A stretch of 56,905 nucleotides of DNA, filler included, from Sluysia triapertura (Eukaryota): assembly GCA_046118255.1 (NCBI GenBank). It is 4 parts of 4 records of this genome, joined end to end, with 100 filler letters (N's around TTAATTAATTAA, not from the genome) between each part and the next. Parts side by side here need not be neighbours in the genome. Positions count along the whole stretch, not along the records: positions 15,595 to 31,667 come from JBJNIA010211254.1; positions 31,768 to 44,635 come from JBJNIA010076383.1; 2 more parts are not named here. One strand, written 5' to 3'. The notes beneath the pieces were generated by a model that saw only the letters and a list, made by a program, of their open reading frames with translations, was not told where the DNA came from and made no database searches. Each line of letters begins with the position of its first letter. The stretch's first letter is position 1. The position numbers were made by a program, and so were the translations under genes. Shown here piece after piece: positions 24,058 to 37,069 of this stretch.

Positions 24058-25086
24058 GGGAATTCATCACACAAAATCCATCACATTTCATCGCATAAAA
24101 ACACTTCACATGTACACAGATTATTAAACAAACTATTAAACTCATTCAAAAACAAACATGACCATCACATCTAATTATCATTAACTATCGCTATTATTAT
24201 TACAGTTCAAATCGTATTAAAATATATATAATAATTATATTCATTATCGTTATATAATATAAATATCAAATAATAACTTTTATAATAAATTTCATAACAA
24301 ATTTTTACAACAACGTTTCAATATTAATAAACATAATATCCACATAATTGCTATCATTATTATTATTTCTTTTATCCTTATTATCAACCTATCTTTCTAT
24401 TTTTTTTGTTTTTTTAATATGGTTTTTTTAATACGACATAAATTAGAAGCAGCAATTAAATTCTTAAAATACCATTACAAAAACACAATCGCAAATGATG
24501 CCAGTGAGATGAAATGGATCAAAACATAACCGAAGTAGCTAGGTATGGTTAGTAATAACAATCGATATAATTATCCGAATTCGATTTGGTATTCAGAATT
24601 TCATCACGATTTTGCATCAACAAAATTTAATACTTTCGAATTTCAGAAAGTGTCATTCCAATTACGTTATATATTCGTACTTTAAAATACGGTTACATGA
24701 ATAATAACAATCAATATGGTTATTTTTCTGTTCAGTCTGTATTCAAATTAAATATGATTGTGAAATGTTTCGATAAGTTTTATGGAAAGATGTGTGAAAT
24801 ATATTGTGTAGAGTCTCAAACACTTATTTGTAATTATATAACCAGAGATCAAATATGTATCACGGAATCGTAAGGCAGTAAAGTATTCTGTGAAACCCCT
24901 TTCGAAATAAATTCGGTAACGAAATGTTCAACACAAGATCCTTGTGATGTTTAATGTTTATACGATACATATTGTGTATTAATTTTATATTCATACCCAA
25001 TATGCGCAGAAATAGAGTTTGAAATATCAAATGGGCAGTGTTTTTCGGAAATAATATTGTACAATGCATAATAAAAGCTTATCACT

Positions 25087-26326
25087 CTTTCAAAAGGCGT
25101 ATTCAAACAATTTCTTGAAGGTAGCATTACATTTTTACCTACGTACAAATTTGAACCCAATACAGACACTTATGCTATTAGCGAAAAGAATAGAATAATG
25201 TGGTATGGTAAGAAATGCCAACAAGTTTCTTATAACAGTGTTATGAAACTTAAGATTAGTGATCATAAACCCATTTATGCTCTGTTTAAAGTTGGAATCA
25301 AGAAAATTAACAAAAACAAACGTGCAAAAGTTCATAAGGCAATAATTCGTCAAGTCGATATGCTGCTTAACTTGAGTTTGCCACAAGTGGAATTAGATAA
25401 ACATGATTTGTTTTTCGGGAATGTCCATTTTTAAGAATGTCGAAATATAGGTAAAAATGAATTCTCTTATCGATTTAAAGAGATACAAAATAAACCTAGT
25501 ATTCCATAATGGCTAATTGTTGAACCTAATGTCGATACAATTAATCCAGGTGAATATAAAACACTAATATTCCAAATTTTTATTAATGCTCAATGTGTGC
25601 GTGAATTGAATACACTAGCGAAAATTGAAACTATTTTAGTTCTTGATTTGCAAGGTGGAAAAGACTGTTTCATTACAGTAACTGTAGATTCGGTCCCAAC
25701 ATGCTTCGGATTACCTCTTAATTATTTGATTCCTTTAAAAGTACCTGTAACTTCTCTAACGAGAGAAGAAATTTACGAAAAGGGTAAGCCTTATTTGAAC
25801 AACCATTATGTGTCAAAACAAGGATTAGCAAATATAGAATTATTTACGGTTCCTAAAGAAGTTATCGTTATGATTGATTATATACTAAAAAATATCAAAG
25901 AGGAGGAACTGTTTGCCAGGCCTGGAATTCATCCTGAAATTCAAGGTATTCGTGAACAGTTAGATACAAACGGTTACAATGCTAATCTATCTGATTTTAC
26001 GGTTCATTCAGCTGCAGAAGCATTGTTAGTTTATTTAGCAACTCTTTATTTTCCAGTTATTCCACAAGAATTTAATCGAGATTGTATAGTAGCGTTTCAC
26101 AATTACGACGATTGTATTCGAGTCATATCAAAGTTCATTCCACTACATTACGTCGCTTTTGTGCAAAGTTTTAGAATATCGGAACAGTAATAGTACTAAT
26201 AAAGAATCTCCCAGTATATTGTTTGTAGATGTTTTATTTAAAGCAGCTCCAGACAGAAATGCATGTGCACAATTTTTACGTCAGTTTTTGAATGTTAATA
26301 GAAAGTCACAATTCTATTGTAGTTAA
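25087..26326 (+). pseudogene. OCRL: OCRL/INPP5B-type inositol polyphosphate 5-phosphatase, 5'-truncated intronless pseudogene (end of phosphatase domain, ASH, RhoGAP-like)
   Basis: FLEGSITFLPTYKF, ISDHKPIYALF, LPQVEL, ILVLDLQGGKDCFITV, PTCFG, VPKEV, LFARPG, HSAAEALL; in-frame TAA at 25432 and 25507; frameshift near 26160; PxWCDR motif absent. Confidence 0.9.
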
Positions 26327-26427
26327 GTAATTTTTGACAAAAGTGATTTATTTTATATTATTTGAGGCGTCTGAAATAATTTAATACATAATTAAATAAA
26401 AATAAAAATAAATCAATAATTCTTAGT

Positions 26428-27446
26428 ATGAAGATATTAAAAGTTCTGTATTTAAATTACAAGTTTATATTTGGTAATAAAATTTTCCTACAAATATACG
26501 TATCCGGTTTTCCAACATATTCTGCCCGACCGTATTATTGGAGTGTATTATATGGATTTAGTTTGTTATCACTTATGGTTACTTTCATTGGTATTGCTAA
26601 GACTATGTTTCATATGCCATTTTATAATTATACCATTAATAACTTTGAACACATTTTATTAATTATATCATTATTTATTTATTTTAATATATTAAGTCTC
26701 TTAGTACATGAAGCATTTTTTACGATTTTATGGTTTCTTAAACCTCATTTATTGAATGTAGCATGGAAATTAGTTTGTGCACTAACCGTTTCATTTAATA
26801 CTGCTTTGTTTTTAAGCACATTATTAGCTTTGATACCAAGTAAAAATATTTCGTTCTCAATATACTTAAGATATCACCCATTCATTTAATGATGTGGTCA
26901 TTATTAATTTTTGAAGAAATTTGCGATTTAAGTATTATACATAAAAATAAACCCAGTCTGATTTTTATTGTTAGCTTAGCAGCTAATTTTGTTTTTTGGT
27001 TACTATCAATTATTATCATTTATATTAGTTGTATTAGACCAACTTGGTTTCGAAGAAAACTAAAAACAACAGTGGATTATAGACATGATAATTTACCATC
27101 ACTTCAGTATAAAATGGTTGTTAACGATGTATATTTCCCACAAGAAAATCCTTGTTCCAGTCATTTCCTTAAGCACGTAGTTTTATTATTGTATTTGACT
27201 ACACATTTGTTCTATTATTTTATTTTTTTCAATAAAATAACAAATTTTGTAGTTTTGTTAAATTTCTTAATCGTTGCAGGCCTTAAGCCTATTTTGTTAC
27301 ATCTAGTTGAATTTAAAGTAAAATGTTTTTGTCTAGTTAAATTTTGTTTAATTGATGTTCTAAATAACTTTCACAAAAAAATTAAATTATATAAAAATAA
27401 GAGTAGGATTTATAAATTTGAATATTTTTCGCCCTCCACACAATGA
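26428..27446 (+). pseudogene. Multi-pass membrane protein split into two ORFs at a TAATG overlap
   Basis: Two abutting ORFs (153 and 185 aa) with about 5-6 hydrophobic segments; family not recognised. Confidence 0.45.
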
Positions 27447-27461
27447 TGATTATTATTATGA

Positions 27462-27824
27462 TCTAACTATTATAAAGATCATAAAGTTAAGGAGTGTAAA
27501 GATGCTAACGATGAGTTTAAAGATTATAAAGACGATGAGTATAAGGACAAAGAATATAAATGTAACGACAATAATGCAAAACACTATAAAGATAACGATT
27601 ATCAATTTAACTCTTATAAAGATGATGACCACAAAGTTAAAGATTATAAAGATGCTAACAATGAGTTGGAAGACTATAAGGATGACGATTATAAAATTAA
27701 ACGTAATAATAATGATGTTTTCGAAGCTAGTATAATCGCCTTTTTCCCATTCGCTAAAGATAATTATAGAATATACTTGAAGAATTGAATTTATTGTCGT
27801 TAAGTCCATACGGCCTGCGAATTG
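27462..27824 (+). pseudogene. DYK/Asp-Lys-rich repeat protein with decayed CCCH finger, copy 2
   Basis: Frame not in the ORF track: SNYYKDHKVKECKD...DYKDDDYK...IAFFPFAKDNYRIYLKN*IYCR*VHTACEL aligns with 9644-10120. Confidence 0.6.
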
Positions 27825-30800
27825 AGAATTTCAGAACTAGTGAAGAGCCTCAGGTATCAATAACGATACCTGCCAACAATAAACCCGTCAATAACTATTC
27901 AGAAGTAATTTATTCTTTTATTTATTGTAATAATATTATAATTTATGTTTGTTCTTTAGGTAGTGGAACCTATAACAATAATCGAGACACATACAGAAGA
28001 TGGTGTTTAACGTTTAAAATTTTTGTAAATAAAATTTCATGTGGATTTTTATTCCTTTTTTTCCAACAAAATATTAAAGATCACTTTCAATTAGCAATTT
28101 TAAAAGACAAACTTTTAATAAATTTAAATCGAAATTATTTTTATCTAAGACTAAATAATTATTTCAATTTTAATGGAACTAATATTTTGTAAAATTTTGT
28201 ATAATTCTTGATATATTTTTAAAAGAACTTAGATATATTAGTTTTATTTTATTTAAAATCTTATTTTAAAATTATGTTTTTGTTAATTTAGTATAAAAAT
28301 TTGTATAAATACTATTAGTTATTGAATATCCAATTATAATATAGAAAAAAAAACAATTAAATATCAAAAGTTGAAATACATCATGCAATAGAATACTTTC
28401 TCATCTTGAAATTAATAACAAAGGAAAATACGAATAAAGATTCAATCTGAATTAATTAAGATGTATGTGCGCAATAAAGCAATATGTTTTGTTTGAATAA
28501 ATAAAATTAAATAAATATTTAAATGAAAGAATTTAAACGTTTACATAAATTAATATGATTGAAATAATTTGAAAATACGTATTTTTATTCTTACTTATTT
28601 TATTCTTATTCATTTCTATTCTCAAGTGCGCTTATATTAGAGTTTATATAACCTTCTTTGTGTTGACACGTGAAATAGATTTTATATTAATAATAATAAT
28701 ATTCTTTTATTTAAATTAAGAAATTATGTTTATTATGTAAAGATAAAAATATTATTGTAAAGATAAAAATATATGTATTTTTATGTATTTTAATAAAAAA
28801 TTTATTGAATTGAGATTGCTATTAAATTAAATTGAAATATGAAAAAATAAAATTATTATTATTTTTATATTAAAAATAGAATTATTATTATTATTTAAAG
28901 ATTATAATATTAAAACAAATAAATAGTATTATTTAAAACATTTAAAACTAACTAAATATTATTAATTCATTATTTGTTTATAGATACTACATAACAACAC
29001 AAAATATATAAAAGCAATAAGATTTTGTAAAATAGACAACAAAAAACTATAGTTTATACTTGTTATAAATTGTTTTTCTAATTACATTTTAAAAATTCGT
29101 TTTAATTAGAAAAAAGCTAAATTGTTTTATACTTTAAGAAGATACATTTTGAATTTAAAGAAGACTATATTTTATTTTGGAAAAATAAATTTGATATTTT
29201 ATTTGTTGATCGTTAGTTTTCTGACTATTTTAAGTTGATTTTAATTGTTTTTATAAAATACACTTAATTTTTTAAATTATAATTTAGTAACGTTTACTTG
29301 CAGTATAAACACTGTCTCATAAATTGAGATAATTAAATATTAATTATAAAATTAATGTTATCAAATATTATTGTAATACTTTGATTTGTATTAATTTGTG
29401 ACAGTTAATTACCAAATTTAATTCTGTGTATAAGTACATTTGATTATTAAAGTTTTCTTTTAAAATTGTATAATTCAATTAATATTTTTATCCCGAGTAC
29501 TAATTAACATTTTGATTTAAGTTGTATAATCGAATTTTATGTTTATTTTAATAAATAGTTTATGATATCATTGTGTTTTCTGATAAATAATAATCATTTT
29601 AAAATTTGTATATTTATAAACATTTAAAGCAGATAATTTTTGAATAAAATAATATCTTAGTTATAATCTTAAAAACTTTAATGTGCCATGTTTCTATGAA
29701 AATATCCTATACTATTTTATTTCATTTTATTACTTTATTATTTTAAATAATAACCTTGAAGGTTACTTTAGTTGGAAAATTTTTAAAGTTCAAATTTGAT
29801 ATTGTTAATGTTTTTAGTAAAGACAAGTATTGAACATAACTCCAACTAATATGTCATTTATTCTTCAAAGTATAATAAAAACACCGAAAAGGTAGTAAAA
29901 TTTAGAAAAATTTGGACATAAAACGAAATTTGATAAAAGAATTTTCAATGAGATATGTAAAATATTAAAACTAAACTGTGTTCAATTCAAAGTAATTCAC
30001 CTATTTGATTTTCAGCTATTATTATTATTATTTATATTATTATTATTATTGTGAAAAAGTTGTATTAGAAAGTTATATCCGTTCGTAAGGAATATTTCAA
30101 CTTTGTATAATTGTGAAATTGTATAACTAATGCACATTGACTAAATATTAAGGAAACTTTCATTCAGATTTTTCCATTAATGTTTTCCATTTAATTTTCA
30201 TAATTTTATATTGTTATGTATTTTATTAAAAATTAAAATAAATAATTAGCGGCAAAACCAAACATTTCATATATTTCTAGATATAATTAATGTATTTGTA
30301 GTTGTGGGTTTTAAAATAAATACATAATTTCTTATTATAATTTTATTAATACATTATTCATCGTCTTAGTAATATATAAGAAAAGTATTTTTTCAATATT
30401 TATCTAAACTAAATAATAAAACTGTATTAATTTAAATCCGAAATTCTTTTTATTTCGAAATTCGATTTGAAAAATCAAAATAAAATAAAATTTAAAAGTA
30501 AAATTAGATTAACAATATAATTATTACATCAGTTTTGCTACAAATACCTCATAAAGTTCTAATTGCAATTTCTTTTAGCATTAATTATGATACTGTAACA
30601 AGATGTAGTTTTATATGTTTCAGCAATAATTTTCATTCTAATTTTGAACTAATTTAAAAATGCTTTTAATAAATTTTATTAATCAAAATTTAATTGGTTT
30701 CGTTTGTTATTTTCAAATTATTCTGTTTAATCGTATTTTATAAATCCAATCCAGTGAATGTTGTAAGATGAAACCTTTAATATTATATAAACCAATAAAA

Positions 30801-31593
30801 TATAAGAATAAGGAAGATTGTAACTGGCTTCTTTTATTGAATTCAATAAATTCTACCATAAAATTCAAATTCATTAAATGTATTTATTACTTTTTACAGG
30901 TTACGTTTTTGTAAATTTAAGGACATTTAAAACTTATTTTTAGTACTTTCTTTTAGAATCATTTCATTCCATTTTAATAAGCAACATAACTATTTCTGAA
31001 ACATTCATTGATATATTAAATTGAATGTTTTTTTGACATTTTTATGACAAAGAAATCAAATAATAATCTAAAATAATCAAATTGTATAAATACATTATTT
31101 CGGAATCTGTGAATATTATAAAAGTTCACAGAATTTCTTAAAAGGTTCCCTATAAAGTAGATATTATACCGTGATGATCCTATTACATCTTGAAAACTTC
31201 GAATATGTATTTCCTCCTTTACAATGATAAAAATTGTCTACAATTATTCCAAAAACCAATTTCATAATACATCTACACAATATCTCCCGATGTTTTCTTT
31301 TCGAGATCATTTAAATTTGTTAACAATACTTTTATTGTTTGTTTAATATAATTTGATGAAGAAAATTCTATATTAAGTATAAATAGCCTTTATACTTTTC
31401 TGTACTAAAGCGAGAAAGAGAAAGAATGTTTCAATGTTTTGTGTGGTGAATAATGAGAAATAAAAAATATAAATTTTTCATTAAATATGAAACTTCTTTA
31501 TGAGTTGATTTTAATCTTTAATAACTTTCCTTTTAACTTATAATTATTAATCATACTATTTACAAAATTGACTAGAAATAATTAATCATAGAA

Positions 31594-31667
31594 TTAACCC
31601 TTTCAGCCCCGGGACCGCCATATGGCGTCAATGGCGATTTTTTCTCTTACACAACTGCTATGCAAGA
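31594..31667 (+). mobile_element. piggyBac-like left terminus at a contig end
   Basis: TTAA target followed by CCCTTT and GC-rich sequence, cut by the gap. Confidence 0.6.
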
Positions 31668-31767
31668 NNNNNNNNNNNNNNNNNNNNNNNNNNNNNNNNN
31701 NNNNNNNNNNNTTAATTAATTAANNNNNNNNNNNNNNNNNNNNNNNNNNNNNNNNNNNNNNNNNNNN
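31668..31767. other. Assembly spacer
   Basis: N44-TTAATTAATTAA-N44. Confidence 0.97.

Positions 31768-31805
<38 letters not shown>
31768..31805. repeat. (TAA)n microsatellite
   Basis: Directly visible. Confidence 0.95.
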
Positions 31806-31808
<3 letters not shown>

Positions 31809-31974
31809 TAATAAAAATAATATTATTAATTTTTAATAATAATAAATAATTTAATAACTAATAATCAATAATAATAATAACGATAATATAATGATAATAA
31901 TAATAATAAATAATTTCACGGTAACTAAATTAAATTATTACATTTAATTACATTTAAATTACATTTTACATTTT

Positions 31975-32962
31975 GCAGGTATAAGATGTGGAAGAGTTGA
32001 TGATTAATGGTCAGTTATGAAAATTGGTCCACTGAATCATGCCCGATGGTTGAATCTTGCAGTAAGATCATTTTGTCTGACATACGAGAAAACAAGGCCA
32101 CATGAATCTTAAGAAACTTGTGCACTACATTGTTCGTATCTATGCTCAAGCTTCGATTGAGATCAAAATGTCATTGAAGCTGCATGAATCACCACCACTG
32201 TTTGATTCCATTATGCAGCTGAATCTTCTTCAACATGATGAAGTCAAAAGCATTATCAAGAACAGCATCCAGAGCAATGACTATTGTCTCTACCAGAAAA
32301 CTTTCTGCAAACTATGTTTAAGAGTGATTATGTTGATGTTAGAAACATTGCACTTAATGTAATTCTGACAAACAGGAAAACTGGACATCAACAGTCACAG
32401 AAAGATTCCATCCATTAACTAGAATTCTCCAAAGTGGAATGATCTCGTTTATGGTACCTCACTTCATGCCGATGAGCCACCTACGATAAAGAACTTTATT
32501 GATGAGGAAATTCAATCAATGATTAGTACCAGCTTCAAAGCGTGGTACGTGGTGTCAAGCTGGTCTAGATGCTGCTCAGTCTTTGGATATGATAAGCGGC
32601 ATAGATCAATAATCACCAAACTGACAAGCGGACAATATCGTCCACCGTTTATTTCTAAAGGATATTATTTGCAGTCTTATGATGTGATATTTTGTTGTGT
32701 AATTTTCTTCACTTGCTTTGTAAACATTGGCGTTTAATTTTTAAATTGATGATATAAAAACACGTGTAAAACACTAGATTATGCTTTTAAATGAATTGTG
32801 TTACACCTAAGGTTGATATAAAATTTTCAACTGCAAATTCCCAAGCCACCCTTAATCTACTTAAACTGAAATTTGGCACGATCTCTTATCTAACCATTGT
32901 GCAACCACTTTCACATTACTCGTTTTGCGAAACAAAAAATTTTGAAAAATCGATCTACCCTA
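31975..32962 (+). mobile_element. DNA transposon 3' part with decayed transposase (probably hAT/hATm-like)
   Basis: Frameshifted KIGPLNHARWLNLA..LKKLVHYIVRIYA..EIK and C-terminal VFGYDKRHRSI..KLTSGQYRPPFISK; ends in ...GATCTACCCTA (TIR TAGGGTAG). Confidence 0.62.
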
Positions 32963-33072
32963 ATATTTTGTTGATGTATCATATAATCATAGAAAAGTTT
33001 AATCTTGCCTTTGAAAAATAAATCAATAGCATTAATTGATTTTCACTTCAAACCATAACTAAACACAAATAA

Positions 33073-33462
33073 TTATAATTTATTAAAAATCCTAAAAATA
33101 GAATCAATTATAATATTAAAAACTGAATCGGCACTTGATGTTTTATGTTGATGTTTAATTTGGTTTAAACGTTCAACTAAAGTACTTGATTTTAATGTTT
33201 CACCGCAAAAGTTATTATTTAAAATAGTACACAATTCAGACAAACGCCATCGTTTACTGTTAATGATTATTTTATCAATTTTTGCTTTGCAACATAATAT
33301 TTCAATGGCTATATCATTTTCGCATGACTTTATTGAAAATTTAGGTGTGCTGCCAAATATCCAATCAAAAGATGTGTATATCTGTAAGTGTTTCTCGAAT
33401 AATGATCGATCAATTAAGTCACATTCCATACCTTCTTGAATGTAAACAACTTTGTTTGGAAT
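33073..33462 (-). CDS. LIPT1: Lipoyltransferase 1 / lipoate-protein ligase homologue, terminal exon
   Basis: tttAG acceptor at 33464-33463; phase-0 exon IPNKVVYIQEGMECD...YTSFDWIFGSTPKF...FNKL*; WxxGxTPKF is characteristic of LplA/LIPT1. Confidence 0.85.
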   Translation of the reverse strand: MPNKVVYIQEGMECDLIDRSLFEKHLQIYTSFDWIFGSTPKFSIKSCENDIAIEILCCKAKIDKIIINSKRWRLSELCTILNNNFCGETLKSSTLVERLNQIKHQHKTSSADSVFNIIIDSIFRIFNKL

Positions 33463-36400
33463 CTAAATTAAAAATAATAATACGCACAAATCTATTAATC
33501 ATCACATTTTACATATATAATAGTTACAAATATTTTTATTTTTAAATCTTTAAAAACTTTTTCAAAACACAAAAATTAACAATTTCAATAGAATTACATA
33601 ATACATTTGATTATTTATTTATTCATATTAATATTTAAAATGATTTGAATTTTTGTTTTAATTGTTCTCCAACTAAATATCGAGGCAATAATCCCAAGAC
33701 ATTATTCGAAACGACTTATTGATTTCTTTAGAAAACTTTCCAGAGAAGCTATTCGTGGTACAATGTATTCGCTCGATAAAATTCTAGTGGTGACCCAAAC
33801 CACTAACGATGATTTTATTATCATCAACTGTTTTATAACACCTATATCACCTTCCAAACCTTACACTCACCTGCAAAACATCCAATGTAATTTATAAAAT
33901 ATACTTGATAAATAACAAAAAATAACACATATCCTCATCGTTATCATTATCATTACCGTCATTATTAGTACAATTATTATTATAAGTCTATTGTCTTTAG
34001 TCTAGTCAGTATCATTACCTGCATATTTCTGACTTACGTCTGAGTGGACATAAATTCAATAAACGATAATATTTATTTTATCGATTTATTGACAATTTTG
34101 ACATTGAAAGACATATCACCTTAAGAAATTTATAAAACAAACCACAAATGAATTTAAATTAATATTAAGTAGTCCTAATTATTCTGATCAGTCTGCTATT
34201 TTGATGCTGAAACATCTGAAATTAAGGCAATATTGATTTTAGGATACAAAAAGATTCAAATACAACTGCCTGTATTGTATATGATTCAAGTTGTAATGTT
34301 TATTGTAATTTATTCATGAAATAATTGATTGAGGCACTTTATTTTGATTATATACTGCATGTTTTAAAAAAATTTTCAGTAGTTTGTTTAAAAATTAATA
34401 AAAATTAAAAATGATTGAAGAATTAAAAAGTTTAAATGGATATTTACCAAATGAAATAAAACTAGACATATCGAATAACAGCAAGAATAATGCATCAATG
34501 AAAATGAAGAAAATTGACTAAAGTTCAAATTGGCAATCATGAATTGTCGATATTCAACCTGGAATCAGGGAATAAAATTAATGCTGATTTTGACTTATTG
34601 TGACGTTCCAGTTCACATGTCGAAATATTTAAATTAATTAGAAAATTAAGAAAAATGAATGTCTATTAAGCTATACAAATACTAGAAGGTCTTGCTATGT
34701 TTTCTGTAAATCGATATCACGGTTTGTATTGTGTTGAACCTGTAGCTGATAATTATGAATTATTGTTCCATACTTGACTCCTGATTCTAACAATAAAATG
34801 TTGAAACTCTTCGATTTCAAATATTTTCCGGAGTTTATTCAGACCAATTTTCCTAGACACACGGGATGGTCTTCGCTGTGATTACTAAACCTAATGTATC
34901 CTTTTACAAATATGATCCGTAATCCAAAACATCAATCGACAAAATTCACATGGACGAATATTATTAATACGTAAAGTTGTAGTGGTTTGTGTTTTCTATT
35001 TTCAAAATAATACAAATTAGTTTATGTGGCCATGTGCCAAAAACAATAAAGTATCTTGTTATTATGTCTTCTCTCTTGATAGTCAAAATTTAATAAATAA
35101 TTCTAAAAAGTTAATTTCCAAGTGCCTTAAGCACAGTTTCAGTTTATATAGGTATAATGAAGTGCTTTAGTTTGTATAGATAGGATGAAGCTAAAAGAAT
35201 AATTTGAAGTGCCATAAGCACTGAAGTAAATTCATTTTTACTGTAATAGAAATTTGAATGTAGTTACCAACTTGTTGACATTTTATGTAAAATTCCCCCC
35301 AAAAGTAATATATGATTTAAAACTGAAAATTGACGCATAAGTGAATTAATCATTCAAATATTTAAAATGATTTATATTTAGTATGTTGATTTGAGTGATG
35401 CAAACAAATGGCCTAGAGATACGAGACAGTATCTAAAGTACGTAGTAGTGAAAATTACTAAATTTGTACAATTCGATGGCGTAGTATGTTAATAAACAAG
35501 AATAAAGTCTATGTTTACTTTTGATGCAATAGATGTGTGATTATTCGCAGGGTCAGATTTCAGCATTTACATATCTTAGTATTATTATAAGATAAATATT
35601 ACATAAATTTTAAAATTAAAAGAAGCAACTTCAAAGCTCTGGTATTCTCAGTAGTTTCAAATGTAAAGCTTAAAAATCTTCTTATAATTTCTAGTCTAAT
35701 TTCATTTGCTATTCGGCATATTTTTGGTTAAAAAGGATTCAATTATATGGAAAAAATACTATATAAACAGCGTAAAAATATTACGTCAACAAAATAGTTT
35801 TATTTTGATTTCAAAATTCGACATTTGAGACTTGCCACTAAATATTTAAATAAATTAGGCAAAATATAAACAAAAAAATTAATACGACAATGTAAAGATT
35901 AAAATTATAAACTATAAAAGTAATTTTAAAATGTTTTGTTTTGTAAAAAGTAAAATATTTTGCATACTAAAATTGCCACATTTAAGAATGACTCCGTTTA
36001 CATATATACTATTCGTAGTATGTGAAATTGTATTTGGATTTGAATATATTTCATTATGAGCTTTTAGATAATTTTAAGAAGGTTATTAATGTGAAGACAA
36101 GTTCACTAAAGTCTTGTAAATGAATGTATACAAAATTTTGCTAAATGGTGACTAAAATAAAAGATCATCGAATTAATACTATCAATATTAAACAAAGTTA
36201 TTATTTGTATAATTACTATATGAATATATTTTTTTCAGTGTCATAAAATATACTTTAGTGTTTAGAATATGTAATAGTGAATTACAACTTTAAAATATAT
36301 AAATAAAAATTAAAAGAAACGAGCACTTCCATCTTTATCATTAGAATTCATCAGTATGCACATAAATAAACAAATTTAATTGATATAAGTTTTAGAAGTA

Positions 36401-36645
36401 AAAAGCGAAACATAAAATTGATTCTAAATTAATAACGTTACATTTGTCACAACACAAAGAAAATAAACGTGCTATAAACTTTTAATAGCACAAAGTAACA
36501 ATGTTTTTTTCTTTTCAAATATCTATAAGTATTATTGTGTATAGTTTTCAATGAATTTCACAATAAATTTTGACATTTGGTAAAATTTTATTTATATACT
36601 GTAAATATTTTACATTTTATTTATATAATCTAAAAATACACATAC

Positions 36646-36762
36646 ATGTAATGAATGAACTCGACTAAATTCTTTCGATATTTCTAAAGCTAATTCATCT
36701 GGATCTATGTTTATATTTGTTACGGGACTTCGAATGCTTTGAGTTGCATTTGATTCAATTAT
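36646..36762 (-). CDS. LIPT1: Lipoyltransferase 1 homologue, penultimate exon
   Basis: ttcAG acceptor and GTATGT donor; 117 nt reading IIESNATQSIRSPVTNINIDPDELALEISKEFSRVHSLH (SNATxSxxSxVxN motif); joins 33462 in frame. Confidence 0.85.
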
Positions 36763-37069
36763 CTGAATAAAATGATACATTTTTCAGTTGTTAATGTAGA
36801 AAAATATAAAAATTATTTAATAAAGTTTTATTCTACTTAATTGGGATTGCACTTCGAATATAAATACCTGATTTTGAAATAAAAAAATTATTATAGCCAC
36901 ACTTTGGATAAGGTAAAGATCATATTTAGGTACAATGAACAGACTGTCTAAATTCTAGAGCAGAAAATGAAGAGAAGAATAAAATGGATTAAATTTAATT
37001 TTCGAAAGAAGCTTAAAACTTATTAATTGTAAATATTGTATTTATTATTTAAGAATCTTATCTCTCAAT

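Noticed and set aside
25432-25509. In-frame TAA codons in OCRL as evidence of stop-codon reassignment
   Set aside because: The same copy has deletions and a frameshift, and the intact LIPT1 exon ends at TAA; pseudogenisation explains it.
27672-27695. FLAG-tag vector contamination
   Set aside because: Not an exact FLAG sequence, embedded in a natural AT-rich repeat that has a paralogue in the window.
27418-27809. ORF-track entries 27418-27735 (+) and 27456-27809 (-)
   Set aside because: Shadow frames of the DYK repeat; the homologous frame is the third plus frame.
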